The position numbers were made by a program, and so were the translations under genes. From positions 32,001 through 96,000 of the IMG/VR virus record IMGVR_UViG_3300043449_002450: a stretch of 64,000 nucleotides of DNA. One strand, given 5' to 3'. This DNA comes from a virus. The notes under the pieces are model-generated. The model saw nothing but the letters and a program-made list of their open reading frames with translations. It was not told where the DNA came from and did not search any database. This document shows, in pieces, positions 1 through 9,747 of this stretch. Every line of letters begins with the position of its first letter. Within the stretch, counting starts at the first letter, position 1.

Positions 1-354
1 GTAATTTTTGACCTACCCCAGCTCAGCAAACTACAGAGAAGCTATCTTGACTCTAAAGATCTACAGAAAGTAAAGACCGATAGCAGCACGGAAAACTTAG
101 ATAACCTGTCTAAGACATGCGATTTATTTGTTGCGACATGGTCTCTTAGCGAATGTCCAGTTGAGCTTATTGATAAAGTTGAAAGTCTAGGTTTCCTAGA
201 CACTTCTATGTTGGTGGCACTACATCAGTGTGGGTCCCACATTCCATTCTTCAAAGAATCAACCCATCTCCTAGAAAAGCTTAAGAAGAGATCTCCTACT
301 ATCGTTAAAAATGAAGTTATACCAGGCATAAATTTTTATGCGTTCAAAGGATAG
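1..354 (+). CDS. Partial (5'-truncated) putative sugar O-methyltransferase
   Basis: Frame 1 is open from the window edge to TAG at 352-354 (not in the ORF track). Translation VIFDLPQLSKLQRSYL...DLFVATWSLSECP resembles the C-terminal half of class I SAM-dependent sugar O-methyltransferases; glycan-gene context. Confidence 0.55.
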   Translation, partial: VIFDLPQLSKLQRSYLDSKDLQKVKTDSSTENLDNLSKTCDLFVATWSLSECPVELIDKVESLGFLDTSMLVALHQCGSHIPFFKESTHLLEKLKKRSPTIVKNEVIPGINFYAFKG

Positions 355-367
355 GAGAAATTGTCAG

Positions 368-1186
368 ATGACAGAAATTAATAAGAAACCGCTTATTAGC
401 ATGATAACATCATGCTATAATATGAAGAGTTTTCTTCCAGGTTTTCTTACAAATGTTACTAAACAAGCAGAATTTGATAGAATTCAAATTGTCCTTGACC
501 ATAATGAGCCCGATAGTGAAGAAATATCCTGGATAGCACAATTTAATAACAAATATCCAGGCAAGATTAAGCATATGGTCAAAGACAAGGTTATTCCATA
601 TGGCATGTCTATCAATGAGTGTATAAGAAATGCCGATGGTGATTATTTGGGCATATGGAACATAGATGATGCTAGAACTTTCAATAGCGTGGCATCACAA
701 GCTAGGTTGCTTGATACCGATCGAGATATTGATATTGTCAATGGAAGCTTTATCATTACTAATAAGTTCGATCTTAGGTGGGGAAAGTTAGTAGATCACA
801 GCACTTACCCAAGGTCTGAGTATCAAAGAAGTATGATCCTTGGTCCTTTTTTCATGTTTAGAAAGTCACTCATAGAAAAGTGTGGCTATTTTGATGAGCA
901 ACTTAGGAGTGGCGCAGATTTTGACTTTGCAGTTCGAGCGACACATCATGCTAATAAGATTGGTTACTCAAAAAGCATACTAGGCTATTACCTTGATGAA
1001 GGAAAAGGGCTTTCAACTCGAGGCGACGGCCTGCAAGAGGTAGAAAGAACTGTAATTGAGTTAAGATACGGTATTCTTGATAAAGTTGATCATAAATTTG
1101 TTGAAAGAGCAAATCAATACGATATCAAAAATATTAAAATTGCAGGCAAAGACATTCCAGCACTATCTTTTATGGTGGCAAAATGA
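368..1186 (+). CDS. Glycosyltransferase family 2 (GT-A fold)
   Basis: PLISMITSCYN start, NIDD DxD-like motif, GYFDEQLRSGADFDF. Start placed at ATG 368 behind AGGAG (353-357) rather than at 338. Confidence 0.85.
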   Translation: MTEINKKPLISMITSCYNMKSFLPGFLTNVTKQAEFDRIQIVLDHNEPDSEEISWIAQFNNKYPGKIKHMVKDKVIPYGMSINECIRNADGDYLGIWNIDDARTFNSVASQARLLDTDRDIDIVNGSFIITNKFDLRWGKLVDHSTYPRSEYQRSMILGPFFMFRKSLIEKCGYFDEQLRSGADFDFAVRATHHANKIGYSKSILGYYLDEGKGLSTRGDGLQEVERTVIELRYGILDKVDHKFVERANQYDIKNIKIAGKDIPALSFMVAK

Positions 1187-2064
1187 AATTTATAGCTCTA
1201 ATTCCATTTAAAAATGAAGAAAGATTCTTGCCCACATGTCTTTCTAGCATAGAAAACATTGTTGATGAAATCATATGCATCGATGATGGATCAACAGACA
1301 GATCAAGAGAGATAGCAGAGAGCTATGGATGTAAGGTCTACAAAAATGATCAACTTCAAGATTACGGATGGGCTGAACACCACATTAGGCAATCGTTGCT
1401 TCGTTTAGGTAGAGAATCCGGTGGCACACATTTTCTTTGTCTTGACGCAGATGAGGCACTCACTTACCAATGTGGCATTACATGTAGATTTGCCGCATCG
1501 ATGTTAAAACCAGGTCAAAATCTAAGAATGCAATGGCTTGCATTGTGGAAGAGTCCATACCACTTTAGACATGACAGGTCGGTCTGGAGCAATAATTTTA
1601 AGGATTTTATATTTGCAGATGATGGCATCTGTAGCTACAATTATGAGTTTATGCATGTTGCAAGAACACCCGCAAGAGATGGTGATATTACGTTAAATCC
1701 TGATATGGGCGCCGTTCTTCACTACCAGTTTGTTGATTGGGATTCGTTCAATATAAAGCAGGCAGATTATAGATGCTCAGAGCTAATAAATGTTCCCTAC
1801 AACTCAATAGGAATTAATCAGAAATATTCTATCACTTTTGAGAGAGACGACGTTTTTCTTCAAGAAATCCCTGAAGAATGGCTCATCAATATTAAGCAGC
1901 CAGATTTTGATAGTCCATACACTGACTGGAGGCGTGATAGAATTACATCATTCTTCAAGCAGAAAGGACCTGAATTTTTTGAGTCTCTCAACATCTGGCA
2001 CATAGAATCGTTGAGTGAAGAATTTAGGTCTATGACAGGCAGATATCCAAGGAGCTTGGCGTGA
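1183..2064 (+). CDS. Glycosyltransferase family 2
   Basis: IPFKNEERFL...IDDGSTD...CLDADE motifs; ATGA overlap with the previous gene. Confidence 0.88.
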   Translation: MKFIALIPFKNEERFLPTCLSSIENIVDEIICIDDGSTDRSREIAESYGCKVYKNDQLQDYGWAEHHIRQSLLRLGRESGGTHFLCLDADEALTYQCGITCRFAASMLKPGQNLRMQWLALWKSPYHFRHDRSVWSNNFKDFIFADDGICSYNYEFMHVARTPARDGDITLNPDMGAVLHYQFVDWDSFNIKQADYRCSELINVPYNSIGINQKYSITFERDDVFLQEIPEEWLINIKQPDFDSPYTDWRRDRITSFFKQKGPEFFESLNIWHIESLSEEFRSMTGRYPRSLA

Positions 2065-3218
2065 TAAGAGTTGCATGTGTGAAATTTGGAGGTCTTGCAA
2101 CTGGAGGCACAGAACGCCTCTTGCAGTCTATTGCAGCCTACCTACCGAAAGACCAATTTGACGTAACATTCTTCTATTGCGATTCTGCACCTTATATTGG
2201 TTCTGATTGGGTGCACCCTGACACAGATCCATTACGTCTTAAGTTTCTTGAAGATCACAATGTCAAGCTTAAGAAGTTTAAGGTAAAGGCAAAAGATATC
2301 ACGCATCCGCACCATATGTGGATTGATAGCGATTTTTTTGATATTTTTAATGAAGAAGACTTTGATATTATACAGACAGCGAGAGCAGGACATCCTGAGT
2401 ATCCATTCACACATATCAACAAGACACCCATAATTGACGCCATCACACTTCCCGGTATGGCTGAAGACAAAGAAAATATTAAGTCTGTGTTCCACATTAG
2501 CAAATACCAGGCAATGACGTGGGCTAATGCTGGTGGACCAATTAGAAAGGCTGTTATACTCCCAATCTTTCAAGATTTAAAAAGATCAGATTTAAACCTA
2601 AGAGCATCTCTTGGAATACCTGATGATCATTTTGTTTTTGGTTTTCACCAGCGGCAAGACGATGGCATAGCAACAAGCCTAGCGTTGGATGCTTATTCTC
2701 TCATACAAAATGATAAAACTCATTTTTTGATTTTAGGCGGAAGCAAAGAGTATAAGACATATGCTGAATCTATTAAACTTAAGAATTTTATCCAACTTGA
2801 TCACACAGGTGACCCAGAAAAAATTAGTCAATTCTTAAACACTTTAGATGTCTTTTGTCACAATAGAAAAGATGGTGAAACTTTTGGTGCCGTAATTGCA
2901 GAGGCTTTATTTCATAGCCTGCCTATTATTTCACATCTTGCTCCAGCATTAGGTCAAATAGAAACAGTTGGACCCGCGGGCTTTATATGCAATGATCATG
3001 AAGCGTATTCTAAAAGAATGCGCCAATTGATAGATGATCACGATCTACGGGTCAGACTCTCAAAATTAGCAATTAAGCACTATGAAAGAAACTATCTGCC
3101 AGATATATGCATGAAGACAGTAATAGACACATACCATAGACATTCAAAATGCTTCATAAGGAAAGACTTGCGTCAAGACCAGTATATTGATAACTGGTTA
3201 GATGGTAGCGAGAAGTGA
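2061..3218 (+). CDS. Glycosyltransferase family 4 (GT-B fold)
   Basis: N-terminal GGTER and C-terminal GETFGAVIAEA (Ex7E) motifs. Confidence 0.88.
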   Translation: MIRVACVKFGGLATGGTERLLQSIAAYLPKDQFDVTFFYCDSAPYIGSDWVHPDTDPLRLKFLEDHNVKLKKFKVKAKDITHPHHMWIDSDFFDIFNEEDFDIIQTARAGHPEYPFTHINKTPIIDAITLPGMAEDKENIKSVFHISKYQAMTWANAGGPIRKAVILPIFQDLKRSDLNLRASLGIPDDHFVFGFHQRQDDGIATSLALDAYSLIQNDKTHFLILGGSKEYKTYAESIKLKNFIQLDHTGDPEKISQFLNTLDVFCHNRKDGETFGAVIAEALFHSLPIISHLAPALGQIETVGPAGFICNDHEAYSKRMRQLIDDHDLRVRLSKLAIKHYERNYLPDICMKTVIDTYHRHSKCFIRKDLRQDQYIDNWLDGSEK

Positions 3219-3240
3219 TAAACTAGGTCAAGCAAATCTC

Positions 3241-3246
3241 TATAAT
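3241..3246 (+). promoter_or_regulatory. Putative sigma70-type -10 element (TATAAT)
   Basis: Perfect TATAAT in the short intergenic gap, 14 nt before ATG 3261; no clear -35. Confidence 0.4.
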
Positions 3247-3260
3247 GATAAGAGAGAAAA

Positions 3261-4256
3261 ATGACCATATTAATCACAGGCGTCGCAGGTTTAATGGGAT
3301 CCAGACTCGCTGACTGGATCTTAAAGAATACAGAGCATAAAGTTATTGGAATTGATAACCTATCTGGGGGCTATGTCGAAAATATCCCAAATGGCGTAAA
3401 GTTCTATAAGCTCGATCTAGTCACCGACACCAATGACTTAAAAGATATTTTCAAGAACAATAGAATCGATACAGTCTACCATCTAGCAGCATATGCTGCC
3501 GAGGGCCTGTCACCATTTATTAGAAAATTTAACTACGAGACTAATGTTATAGCATCAGTTAATTTGATCAATAATTCAATACAAACGGGTGTTAGAAGAT
3601 TTGTATTTACTAGCTCAATGGCTGTATATGGGAATAGCACGCTGCCGCCGTTTAGTGAAGACATAATTCCTAGCCCAATTGATCCGTATGGCATTGCAAA
3701 ATATAGCGTTGAGATGGATCTTAGCGTTGCATTAAAACAGCATGGTCTTGAATATACAATCATTAGGCCTCATAATTTTTACGGTGAAAATCAAAACATC
3801 TGGGACAAGTATCGTAATGTTTTAGGAATCTGGATGTTACAAATTATTAACGGTAGACAGCCTACCATCTACGGCGATGGAAAACAGACACGTGCATTTA
3901 GCTATGTTGATGACTCACTAGAACCAATGTGGCGAGCATCACAATTAGATGAATGTAAATCACAAATCATCAATCTAGGTGGAATTAAGAGCCACAGCAT
4001 AAATGAAGCATGTGACATATTAAGAGATGTAACAGGCACCAAATTAACTCCAACTTATCTTGAAGCTCGCCATGAGGCTAAGCACGCGTGGTCAACATGG
4101 GAAAAATCTGAACGTCTGTTAGGATTCAAGCACGAAATTGATCTTCACGAAGGTTTAGCTAGAATGTGGAAGTGGGCGCAAACACAGCCGCGACGTCCCA
4201 TTAAGAAGTGGGAAGAATACGAGATCGATCGAGACATCTACAGCTATTGGAAGTGA
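3261..4256 (+). CDS. NAD-dependent nucleotide-sugar epimerase/dehydratase (extended SDR)
   Basis: ILITGVAGLMG Rossmann motif, FTSSMAVYG, catalytic YGIAK, RPHNFYG. Confidence 0.9.
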   Translation: MTILITGVAGLMGSRLADWILKNTEHKVIGIDNLSGGYVENIPNGVKFYKLDLVTDTNDLKDIFKNNRIDTVYHLAAYAAEGLSPFIRKFNYETNVIASVNLINNSIQTGVRRFVFTSSMAVYGNSTLPPFSEDIIPSPIDPYGIAKYSVEMDLSVALKQHGLEYTIIRPHNFYGENQNIWDKYRNVLGIWMLQIINGRQPTIYGDGKQTRAFSYVDDSLEPMWRASQLDECKSQIINLGGIKSHSINEACDILRDVTGTKLTPTYLEARHEAKHAWSTWEKSERLLGFKHEIDLHEGLARMWKWAQTQPRRPIKKWEEYEIDRDIYSYWK

Positions 4257-4257
4257 C

Positions 4258-5013
4258 ATGTTCTCAATAGGCATTGTGACGTATGAAGCAAGATTTGAGA
4301 AATTCTTCATTCCCTTGCTGCATAGTATCAAGGCAACAAATCCAGATGTTGAAATTATAGTCTGTGTAAATGGCAGTCATAACAAGCCATTTAATAATGA
4401 CTATAGAGCAAAGATGTGCTACTTATTAAGCATGTATAAGAATGTGTATCCAATGTTTTGGACACAGTTTAGATCCTTATCTAAGCTGTGGAATAATATA
4501 CTGATTAATTCTTCGAATGATAATGTCTTGATTCTTAACGATGATGTGTCAATACGAAGTGTAAAAATGTGGAATCTTCTTGATTACGCCATCAAGGCCG
4601 CGAAAGGACAATCATTTAAGATGAATGAGACGTGGAGCTTTGTTTGCCTTAATAGGAGAGAGATTGAGCGTGCAGGTTGGTTTGATGAGAGGCTTCTAGG
4701 TGTAGGTGAAGAAGACGGTGATATGGAGTTTCGTCTATGCCAGGATAAAGGTCTAAGTAAGTTTCCATCAATAAATGGTTTCCCTATTGTCAATTACACA
4801 TCACCTGATGGCAACCAACAAAACACTAGAACAAGTCATGGTCGTTACAACATCTTCAACACTGAGTTTATTCAAGAAAAATATAAGATTGATGATGAAG
4901 GGTCTAAAATAGGCATAATGTGCGGCGACGGAAATTCTAGAGTTGTAGTTAATCCAACACCCTTGCAATACCCATGCGAGAGATTCTTTTGGGATAATAA
5001 GGATAAACTATGA
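4258..5013 (+). CDS. Glycosyltransferase, GT2-like
   Basis: FSIGIVTY start, LILNDD DxD-like motif, GWFDERLLGVGEEDGD. Confidence 0.72.
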   Translation: MFSIGIVTYEARFEKFFIPLLHSIKATNPDVEIIVCVNGSHNKPFNNDYRAKMCYLLSMYKNVYPMFWTQFRSLSKLWNNILINSSNDNVLILNDDVSIRSVKMWNLLDYAIKAAKGQSFKMNETWSFVCLNRREIERAGWFDERLLGVGEEDGDMEFRLCQDKGLSKFPSINGFPIVNYTSPDGNQQNTRTSHGRYNIFNTEFIQEKYKIDDEGSKIGIMCGDGNSRVVVNPTPLQYPCERFFWDNKDKL

Positions 5014-5043
5014 CTACAACGCACACATTCTAAAGGAAAGAAG

Positions 5044-5667
5044 ATGTATTATTCACAACTAGGTCAAGATAAAATTATTGATGAAATTTTCAATTTTTCT
5101 AACGATAAATTTTTTGTAGAAGTTGGTGCGCACGACGGTGTATCATGTTCAAACACGCTCTTTTTTGAAGAAACACGGCAATGGAAAGGAATTTGTATCG
5201 AACCTAGTCCTAAAAATTTTGCTAAACTAGTTCAAAATAGAAAGTCTATAAACATAAACTCATGTGTATCTAATTTTGAAGGAGAGGTAAATTTTGCTAA
5301 CATCGTTGGTTACTCAGAGATGTTATCAGGAATCATCGATCACTACGACCAGCGACACATTAATAGAATAAATAATGAGCTAGCTCAATATGGTGGCTCT
5401 GCTGAGATTATCAAAGTCCAATCAGTCAAACTTCAAACCATATTCAATCTATTTAACGTAAAAAATGTTGATTTTTGCTCAATTGATACTGAGGGATCTG
5501 AGTTGGAAGTTTTAAATTCAATTGACTTCAATAAGACAAAAATTAAATGCTTTTCAATAGAAAATAATTTTAACACAGATGACGTCAAAAATTTCTTAGA
5601 AAGCAAAGGTTATAATCTTTTTGTTAGACTTTCATTTGAAGACATTTATACACTGGAGAAGATTTAA
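5044..5667 (+). CDS. FkbM-family methyltransferase
   Basis: YSQLGQD, FFVEVGAHDG, SNT, WKGICIEP, SIDTEGSE motifs. Confidence 0.9.
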   Translation: MYYSQLGQDKIIDEIFNFSNDKFFVEVGAHDGVSCSNTLFFEETRQWKGICIEPSPKNFAKLVQNRKSININSCVSNFEGEVNFANIVGYSEMLSGIIDHYDQRHINRINNELAQYGGSAEIIKVQSVKLQTIFNLFNVKNVDFCSIDTEGSELEVLNSIDFNKTKIKCFSIENNFNTDDVKNFLESKGYNLFVRLSFEDIYTLEKI

Positions 5668-6588
5668 ATGGTGTTAATAACAGGATCTTCTGGGCTTCTT
5701 GGAAGTGAGATTCTTGCCCTGTCACCAGGAGCCATCGGTCTTGCCTCAAGAGATTGTGATCTCACCGAATCGAATCATGCCATTCTCACTCTGGAAGATG
5801 GACGAGTAGACACTGTCATCCACTGTGCTGCAAGGGTCGGAGGCGTGAAGGCTAACACAGACTATGTTGCTGACTTCTTTGATGACAACGTCAAGATGAA
5901 TATGAACGTGTTGAACGCTTGCAAGGAGAGGAAGCTGAAGCTTGTCTCCGTGCTCTCAACTTGTATCTACCCAGATGCACCCTACGTGAAGTATCCGCTC
6001 ACTGAAGACCAGCTTCACATGGGTCCTCCGCACCAGTCAAACTTTGGCTATGCCTACGCAAAGAGGATGCTCGAGGTCCAGAGTCGAGCTTACCGCCAGC
6101 AGTATGGGTGTAACTTCATCTCCGTCATTCCGAACAACCTCTATGGCATCAATGACAACTACGATCTCAACAGCGGACATGTCATTCCAGCTCTCATTCG
6201 GAAGTTCCATGAAGCGACAATTAACGGTAAGCAAGAAGTTGTTGTTTGGGGATCTGGAAAGCCCTTAAGAGAATTCACATTTGCTAGAGACGCGGCAAAA
6301 ATCATCTTATGGCTTGCTTCCAACTATGATGGTGATAAACCAGTCAACATAGGTAATCCAGAGCAAGTCTCAATTGAAAGCCTTGCACTTGCCATCTCGG
6401 GTGAAATGAGATTTAAGGGAACGATTAAGTTTGATAACACCAAACCTGATGGTCAATTTAAGAAGCCATCATCAAATGCGCATCTAAGGTCTCTCGGTTG
6501 GAAAGGTGAATACACGCCACTTTGTGATGGATTGCGTGAGACGATAGAGATATTCTTAAAAAATTACCCTAAAGTGCGAGGCATCTAG
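5668..6588 (+). CDS. fcl: GDP-L-fucose synthase
   Basis: GSSGLLG, AARVGG, STCIYP, YAYAKR, PNNLYG, HVIPALIRK, WGSGKPLREF, KPDG motifs. Confidence 0.93.
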   Translation: MVLITGSSGLLGSEILALSPGAIGLASRDCDLTESNHAILTLEDGRVDTVIHCAARVGGVKANTDYVADFFDDNVKMNMNVLNACKERKLKLVSVLSTCIYPDAPYVKYPLTEDQLHMGPPHQSNFGYAYAKRMLEVQSRAYRQQYGCNFISVIPNNLYGINDNYDLNSGHVIPALIRKFHEATINGKQEVVVWGSGKPLREFTFARDAAKIILWLASNYDGDKPVNIGNPEQVSIESLALAISGEMRFKGTIKFDNTKPDGQFKKPSSNAHLRSLGWKGEYTPLCDGLRETIEIFLKNYPKVRGI

Positions 6589-6594
6589 AAGTTA

Positions 6595-7230
6595 TTACTT
6601 AACAAGAAATGCAGTGTGTGTTCCAGTTTTTTTGATATCATAAAAGAGTTTATTTGCTTGTAAGTACTCATCAACAGCTTGCCTCTGTCCTTCCCACCAG
6701 AAATAATCATCAAGTATTAAGACGCCACCAGTTTCTAAACGTGGAAATAGTGCTTCCATTTCTGACTTTGTAGACTCATACCAGTCTGTATCAAGCCTTA
6801 AAAGTGCAATTCTATTAGGAATGTTATCGTTAATTTTCAATGTCTCAATTACGTCACCAACAACGTATTTGATCATGTCATGAGGATAATTGAACTGTTG
6901 CAGATTATTCTTGACCTCTTCTAGAGGCGCATAACACCATGTATTAATATTTCCATTCTGGTACATCTTCCAATTTTCAAATAACTGACTTGGTGTGTAA
7001 CTTGTAGAGCTTTGTGAAGATGAAAAATCTTTACTGCCTGGCGCGGTTAGACCAGCAAATGTGTCATAAAGCCAAATCTCTCTACTTGTAGAGTTGACTT
7101 GATTTAAAAAAGACAGCCAGATCTGTTGATGCTTACCACTTTGAACACCACACTCAACTAAAGCACCTTGAATATTTTGTTCATGAATGTACTTGATTGC
7201 TTCGAGACCGTCTAAATTTTCTTTGATCAT
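6595..7230 (-). CDS. TylF/MycF-family (macrocin-type) O-methyltransferase
   Basis: GALVECGV, WLYDTFAG, IALLRLDTDWYEST, GGVLILDDY..WEG motifs. Confidence 0.9.
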   Translation of the reverse strand: MIKENLDGLEAIKYIHEQNIQGALVECGVQSGKHQQIWLSFLNQVNSTSREIWLYDTFAGLTAPGSKDFSSSQSSTSYTPSQLFENWKMYQNGNINTWCYAPLEEVKNNLQQFNYPHDMIKYVVGDVIETLKINDNIPNRIALLRLDTDWYESTKSEMEALFPRLETGGVLILDDYFWWEGQRQAVDEYLQANKLFYDIKKTGTHTAFLVK

Positions 7231-7868
7231 TTTATTACTACTAAAACATTATTATCTGACATATTCCTGGGATTAGGGATCTTAATGAGACCCATATAGT
7301 TGTATTTATTTCTACTAGAATCTATGTAATTTTCAAAATCGCTGAAGGAAGATTTATCAATATCCTCGATGATAAAAATGCCGCCATCAACAAGAACATC
7401 AACTGAATTTTCAAAAAATATCTTATTTGCATTAAAATTATGCAAGCCATCTTCAATGATGATATCAAATTTCCTATTAATAAATTGCCACATACTGCTG
7501 ATACAAGATGAGTTAGTTTGATCACAGTAAAAAGTCTGTATGCGATCTTCGCTAACTAGTATCTTATCATCAATGTCGGCGCCAAAAATATTAGCTTGTG
7601 AGAAATACTCTCTCCAACCACGAAGCGACCCGCACGGTGTTCCTCTCCCACTCATGTTTGATTCAATCGTTAGATCGTTTGTGCCTAAACCAAGCTCAAA
7701 GACGTTAAGCTGCCTATCTCTAAGGTGTTGAAAAATAAAATGATAGAATGTTGTGTAATTGTGATGACCGCTACCCTTGTCACTACCACAACTGTTCATA
7801 ATCTGACATAAATCTGTGCTACTATTTTGTAGGTTATGTTCTAAAAAATATTGAAATCTATCATTCAT
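7227..7868 (-). CDS. Class I SAM-dependent methyltransferase
   Basis: GSDKG..HHNY, VFELGLG, SLRGWREYF, IFGADID, CDQT, FDIIIEDGLH, GGIFIIED. Start moved to ATG 7868, which overlaps the upstream stop. Confidence 0.82.
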   Translation of the reverse strand: MNDRFQYFLEHNLQNSSTDLCQIMNSCGSDKGSGHHNYTTFYHFIFQHLRDRQLNVFELGLGTNDLTIESNMSGRGTPCGSLRGWREYFSQANIFGADIDDKILVSEDRIQTFYCDQTNSSCISSMWQFINRKFDIIIEDGLHNFNANKIFFENSVDVLVDGGIFIIEDIDKSSFSDFENYIDSSRNKYNYMGLIKIPNPRNMSDNNVLVVIK

Positions 7869-8715
7869 TTTTGTTCTCGCTATGTGATAAAAAATCAAAG
7901 ACAGGAAACCAGTCACCTTCAGGCGGATTATTAAGCCACTGTGTCGAATTAATAACATGACACAGACTTTTATCATTTGCAATTAGAGAAAGGACAGTCT
8001 GATCATCGTCTATTAGGCTCTTCTCAAATAGTTGGTAATTTACAATACTATTGAATTCTTCATAGAATTTTTCTATAAGGACAGATGGCACTACAAAAAA
8101 GCCACCCGGGACAAAAACATTATCATCTAGAGCAAAGAATGTTTCTACGTTGTCAGGAGGAAATATTTCTTTTCGATTAAAAAGAATAACTTTGTCTACA
8201 GTGTCTCTTTCTACTAGACGTTTACCTCTAATTGCGCCTATAAAATCAGGCGCTCTATGTGCAATTCCAAAGTCTATCCATGCCACCTGTTTATCATTGT
8301 CTTCGATTAGATTTCTGTTTTTTGCAAGCTTGAGAATCTCAGGCTTCGAAAACATTGTGGCAACATATTCTGGTCTTGTGTACTCAGGAACTTTGGACGT
8401 ATGACCGCTAATTGTGATTTTTAGCTTCTCTGACTGTTGAATTTTTCTAATTTCATCTAATTTTGAGAAATACGAAAGATTGTTTCTATCAATGATTTCA
8501 AAATTAACTTTTGATCTAAAATTAGGGTGATTTTTGATGATAGGATCTAGAAAATTTTTGAAGTCTTCTTCACAAAAAAGTGTTAAGTCGACTTCAAGTT
8601 CTGAATAAAAACTAAGAAAATTCCAGACATATGTCATGATGGACCTACTACAACCGCAAGTCCAATCTTCTCTTCCTATATCGATGAAGAGACTAAAACA
8701 TTTAAGCAACTTCAT
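7861..8715 (-). CDS. HtrL/YibB (WlaTC)-like protein, putative glycosyltransferase
   Basis: FIDIGREDW, PEY..PEY..MFSK, WIDFG, GGFF, DDDQ motifs. Start ATG 8715 lies 6 nt downstream of a TATAAT. Confidence 0.75.
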   Translation of the reverse strand: MKLLKCFSLFIDIGREDWTCGCSRSIMTYVWNFLSFYSELEVDLTLFCEEDFKNFLDPIIKNHPNFRSKVNFEIIDRNNLSYFSKLDEIRKIQQSEKLKITISGHTSKVPEYTRPEYVATMFSKPEILKLAKNRNLIEDNDKQVAWIDFGIAHRAPDFIGAIRGKRLVERDTVDKVILFNRKEIFPPDNVETFFALDDNVFVPGGFFVVPSVLIEKFYEEFNSIVNYQLFEKSLIDDDQTVLSLIANDKSLCHVINSTQWLNNPPEGDWFPVFDFLSHSENKNE

Positions 8716-8721
8716 TTGTTT

Positions 8722-8749
8722 ATTATATTGATGCTTACTTTTGAGTAAA
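8722..8749 (-). promoter_or_regulatory. Putative sigma70-type promoter for the inverted cassette
   Basis: Minus strand reads TTTACT-16 nt-TATAAT-AAACAA-ATG. Confidence 0.55.
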
Positions 8750-8772
8750 ATTGACATGAAAGGACACACTAG

Positions 8773-9747
8773 ATGAAGACTGCATTGATAACAGGTATAA
8801 CGGGACAAGATGGAAGTTATCTTGCCGAACTTCTCCTAGACAAAGGATACAAAGTCGTCGGTATGAAGAGGAGGACATCGCTTCTTGCCACCGACAGGAT
8901 TGACCACCTTCTCACACACCCAAACTTCCAGCTCGTCTATGGATCGATGAATGACGTAGGCGCTTTTTATCGCCTCTTTTCCGCACAGAAATTTGACGAA
9001 GTCTACAATCTCGCTGCACAATCACACGTTCGAGTCTCATTTGAAGTCCCAGAGGAAACAGTTGATGCAGTAGCAATGGGCCCGCTTCGACTGCTGGAGT
9101 GCATACGCAACGTCCAACCGCGGTGTCGTTTCTACCAGGCATCTTCCTCTGAGATGTATGGTGATAATCCTGAGCACCCACAGAATGAGGACACTCGACT
9201 CATGCCCGCGTCTCCCTACGCCTGTGCCAAGGTCTTTGCGCATGGACTCACTCGCAACTACCGTGAAGGTTATGGCATCCACGCCTCATCTGGTATCCTC
9301 TTCAACCACGAGAGCCCCCGCCGCGGCGAGACATTTGTCACCAGGAAGATCACCCTAGCTGCAGCCCGGATCAAACTCGGCCTACAGGACAAGATTGCTC
9401 TCGGCAATCTCGATGCTCTTCGCGACTGGGGCTATGCCAAGGACTACGTCGAAGCGATGTGGCTCATGCTTCAGCAGGACAAGCCCGATGATTATGTGAT
9501 ATCGACCGGCGAGACACACACAGTTCGTGAATTCTTGAACGAAGTCTTTGAAATTGCAGAGCTAGATGTAGATAGACACCTCGTGATTGACAACAGGCTG
9601 AAGAGGCCTCACGAGGTCCCGTGGCTAGAGGGAGACAGCACCAAAGCGAAAGAGAGGCTTGGATGGACACCAAAGACAACTTTCAAAGGTCTTGCTAAAC
9701 TAATGTACGAATCAGATCTAAAAAATGAAGAAAAGAGGTTAAGATGA
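8773..9747 (+). CDS. gmd: GDP-mannose 4,6-dehydratase
   Basis: ALITGITGQDGSYLAE, NLAAQSHV, YQASSSE, SPYACAK, LFNHESPRRGETFVTRKI, RDWG motifs. Confidence 0.97.
   Translation: MKTALITGITGQDGSYLAELLLDKGYKVVGMKRRTSLLATDRIDHLLTHPNFQLVYGSMNDVGAFYRLFSAQKFDEVYNLAAQSHVRVSFEVPEETVDAVAMGPLRLLECIRNVQPRCRFYQASSSEMYGDNPEHPQNEDTRLMPASPYACAKVFAHGLTRNYREGYGIHASSGILFNHESPRRGETFVTRKITLAAARIKLGLQDKIALGNLDALRDWGYAKDYVEAMWLMLQQDKPDDYVISTGETHTVREFLNEVFEIAELDVDRHLVIDNRLKRPHEVPWLEGDSTKAKERLGWTPKTTFKGLAKLMYESDLKNEEKRLR

Noticed and set aside
8751-8756. Perfect TTGACA -35 element upstream of gmd
   Set aside because: No -10-like hexamer at 16-18 nt spacing; that position falls on the start codon region.
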